Source of the DNA: Mobula hypostoma
Taxonomy: Eukaryota
DNA: 64,000 nt
NCBI RefSeq assembly: GCF_963921235.1
Contig: NC_086108.1
Span: 30,258,001 to 30,322,000 of the forward strand
Reading direction: 5' to 3'
The position numbers and the translations under genes were made by a program. Under the pieces are notes generated by a model. The model had not been told where the DNA came from. It made no database searches and was given only the letters and a program-made list of their open reading frames with translations. Below are positions 61,201 through 64,000 of this stretch, in pieces; positions within the stretch are counted from its first letter, which is position 1, and the number at the start of each line of letters is the position of its first letter.

Positions 61201-64000
61201 CCTCCTTATATCAATCAGAGTCTCCACAAGATTCTAAACATATGTATGACTTTTTAGATAACCTAGATTTCCCTAAGATTTCACACGATATATCTTCTAT
61301 GTTAGACACTTCCTTTACCACTGAGGAGATTAAGAATGTCATTTTTTCTAGGAACCCGGGGAAAGCTCCTGGTCCTGATAGGTTTACCGCGGAATTTTAT
61401 AAATTTTTTGCATCCTCATTAATCCCTTGGCTATTCAGGGTTCTGGAGGCCTCATTAAAACTTGGTAAACTACCCGAATCCTTTTATAGAGCAGCGATCT
61501 CTTTAATATTAAAGAAGAATAAAAACTCTGCTCAATGTGCATCTTATAGACCAATATCTTTGTTAAATGTTGACTCTAAAATTTTTTCTAAATTATTATC
61601 AAACAAACTAGAAAAAACACTTCCTTATATTATCTCGGAAGACCAAATGGGTTTTATTAAAAATCGTTACTTTTTTTATAATATTCGCACACTTTTAAAC
61701 ATTGTCTATACCCTGTCACAAAATGATCCTGAATGCGTCATTTCCCTAGACGCTGAAAAAGCCTTTGACAGGGTCGAATGGCCTTACTTATTTAAGGTGC
61801 TTGAAATGTTTAACTTCAGCCCGAAATTTATATCCTGGATCAGATTGTTATATCATTCTCCTATGGCCTCAGTTCGTACTAACTCTTTAAATTCACCTTT
61901 TTTTCCTCTTTTTCGAGGTACCAGACAAGGTTGTCCTCTTAGTCTTTTATTATTTTATATTGCATTAGAACCTCTTGCGATTGCTATTCGAGAATCTCCT
62001 AGTATTATTGGTATAACTCGTGGTTTAAAGTCTCATAAAGTATCACTTTATGCTGATGACTTACTTTTATATATTTCTAATCCTCAAAAATCTATTCCTG
62101 CAGCTTTAGATTTATTAGTACAATTTAGTCTTTTTTCAGGTTATAAGTTAAATCTCAGTAAGAGTGAACTTTTCCCGATTAATAAGCAAGTTCCCTTATA
62201 TCAGAACCTCCCGTTTAAATTGGTTAATCATCATTTTTCATATCTTGGGATTAAAATTACCTGTAAACATAAGGATTTATTTAAGACTAATTTCCTACCC
62301 TTAATTGATCACATTACACAACTTTCATTTAAATGGTCTCCACTTTATTTAACTTTGATTGGTCATATTAATGCTGTTAAGATGTTTATTCTGCCAAAAT
62401 TTTTATATATATTTCAGTCATTACCGATTTTTGTTCCAAAATCCTTTTTTGACAAAGTTGACTCTAAAATTTCTTCATTTATTTCAAAAACCCCAGACTG
62501 GGTAGAATACATCTACAGAAAGCTAAGAGGGATGGAGGTTTGGCATTACCTAATTTTAGATTCTATTATTGGGCAATTAATATTCGACACATGAAATTTT
62601 GGTTACTTGACCAAGATACACTATCCGTTCCTAAATGGGTAGTATTGGAATTACAATCTGCTCAAGGTTATGCACTTGGCTCCATTTTAGGTTCTTCTCT
62701 TCCTTTCGATTTGAAACACCTTAAACAGGTTTGTAACACAATAGTTAAACATGCCTTACGCATTTGGTTTCAATTCCGAAAATTTTTCGAACTTAATCAA
62801 TTTGGGCTAGCGATTCCTATTTTAGGCAACATATTCTTTCCCCCCTCTCCTACGGACTGTGCCTTTCAAATTTGGAAGACCAATGGTATATCACGGTTTT
62901 TGGATTTATTTTTAGATGACTCCCTTATGTCTTTTGAACAATTATTTAACAAATATAACTTACCAAGAATATATTTTTTTAGATATCTCCAAGTTAGAAA
63001 TTTCCTATATACCATACTTTCTTCCTTTCCGGCGTTTCCCCCTACATATATTTTAGATACTATAATTAACCTTAACCCATGTCAGAAAGGTGTAACGGCT
63101 ATTATTTATAATCCTATCATGAAACTTAGGAAAGCTCCATTCGATAAGATTAGGTCAGATTGGGAAAAGGAATTGGGCTTCACTATTTTGGCGGATGACT
63201 GGGTGCATATTTTACAACTAGTCAATACTTCCTCTATCTGTTCCAAACATTCTCTAATTCAATTTAAAGTTGTTCATAGAGCACATATGTCTAAAGATAA
63301 ATTAGCTCGTTTCTATTCTCATATTAACCCTCTTTGTGACAGATGTCATGGGGAGATAGCTTCCTTAACTCATATGTTTTGGTCCTGTCCTACTTTGGAA
63401 ACTTTTTGGAAAGACATTTTTAATATTATCTCAAAGGTATTGAATACAGATATTTCTCCCCATCCTATTACTGCTATCTTTGGATTACCTAAAATTTCCA
63501 GTAATCTTTCCCCTTCAGCCCGTAGAATGATTGCATTTCTTACTTTAATGGCGAAAAGATGTACCTTACAACATTGGAAGGAGATTAATGCCCCAGCCAC
63601 ATTTTTTTTGGTTTTCTCAGGCGATACTTTGTTTAAATTTGGAAAAACTCAGAAGTAATCTTTATGACACTTCAGTTAAATTTGAACAGACCTGGGGATC
63701 TTTTATTCAACACTTTCATTTAATGTAACTTTTTTTTTCTCTTTGCCCATATTTATATTCCCTTCTTGCTTTTTAATTGTTTTTAATGGAGGTCGGGTTT
63801 GAGGACGTGATTGTTTTAAGTTGTTTAAGTCTAGTTAGCCCATTGCTTTGCTTTGCTTTTTAGATTAGTTGCACGGTGGGTTTTTTTTGGGGTCTTTTTT
63901 TTGGGTTTTTTCTTCTCTTTATTGATATCTGGAAAATTAGTATACTATTATATTACCTTGTTATTTTATAACTAAGCTGCACTGTTTGTACTACTTTTTT
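58281..64000 (+). mobile_element. L1 LINE #4 (third family), near full length, runs off the window
   Basis: Preceded by TT/AAAAAA; 5' GGACTTCCGG; ORF1 remnant 58451-59251; ORF2 ~59957-63727 with SDHAP, YRPISLLN, GTRQG, YADD, HMFWSCP; several stops and frameshifts. Confidence 0.93.

Overview
Vertebrate genomic DNA, most likely from a cartilaginous fish such as a ray (inferred from the repeat families, not proven). The window lies inside one host gene, TADA1 (SAGA subunit, + strand). Five internal coding exons (92, 66, 98, 210 and 152 bp) splice in frame with GT-AG sites; the first exon and the last exons are outside the window. The introns are mostly transposable elements, often nested: four long L1 LINEs (all sense to TADA1), several CR1-clade LINEs, a Rex1/Babar-like LINE, Penelope-like elements carrying minimal hammerhead ribozyme motifs, a tRNA-derived SINE, noncoding retroposons with YY1-motif heads, two solo LTRs, and pogo/Tigger, Tc1, mariner-MITE and hAT DNA transposons. 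Best leads: (1) two independently inserted full-length L1 copies with intact ORF1 and an identical lesion that destroys the RT [Y/F]ADD motif; (2) a CpG-retaining, multi-hairpin ~150-nt intronic segment overlapping a possible in-frame cassette exon whose splice sites both lie in stems; (3) dispersed Penelope hammerhead cassettes; (4) long fold-back elements in the pre-mRNA. Nearly all ORFs in the supplied track are TE fragments or noise. Family names are from motif recognition, not database searches.
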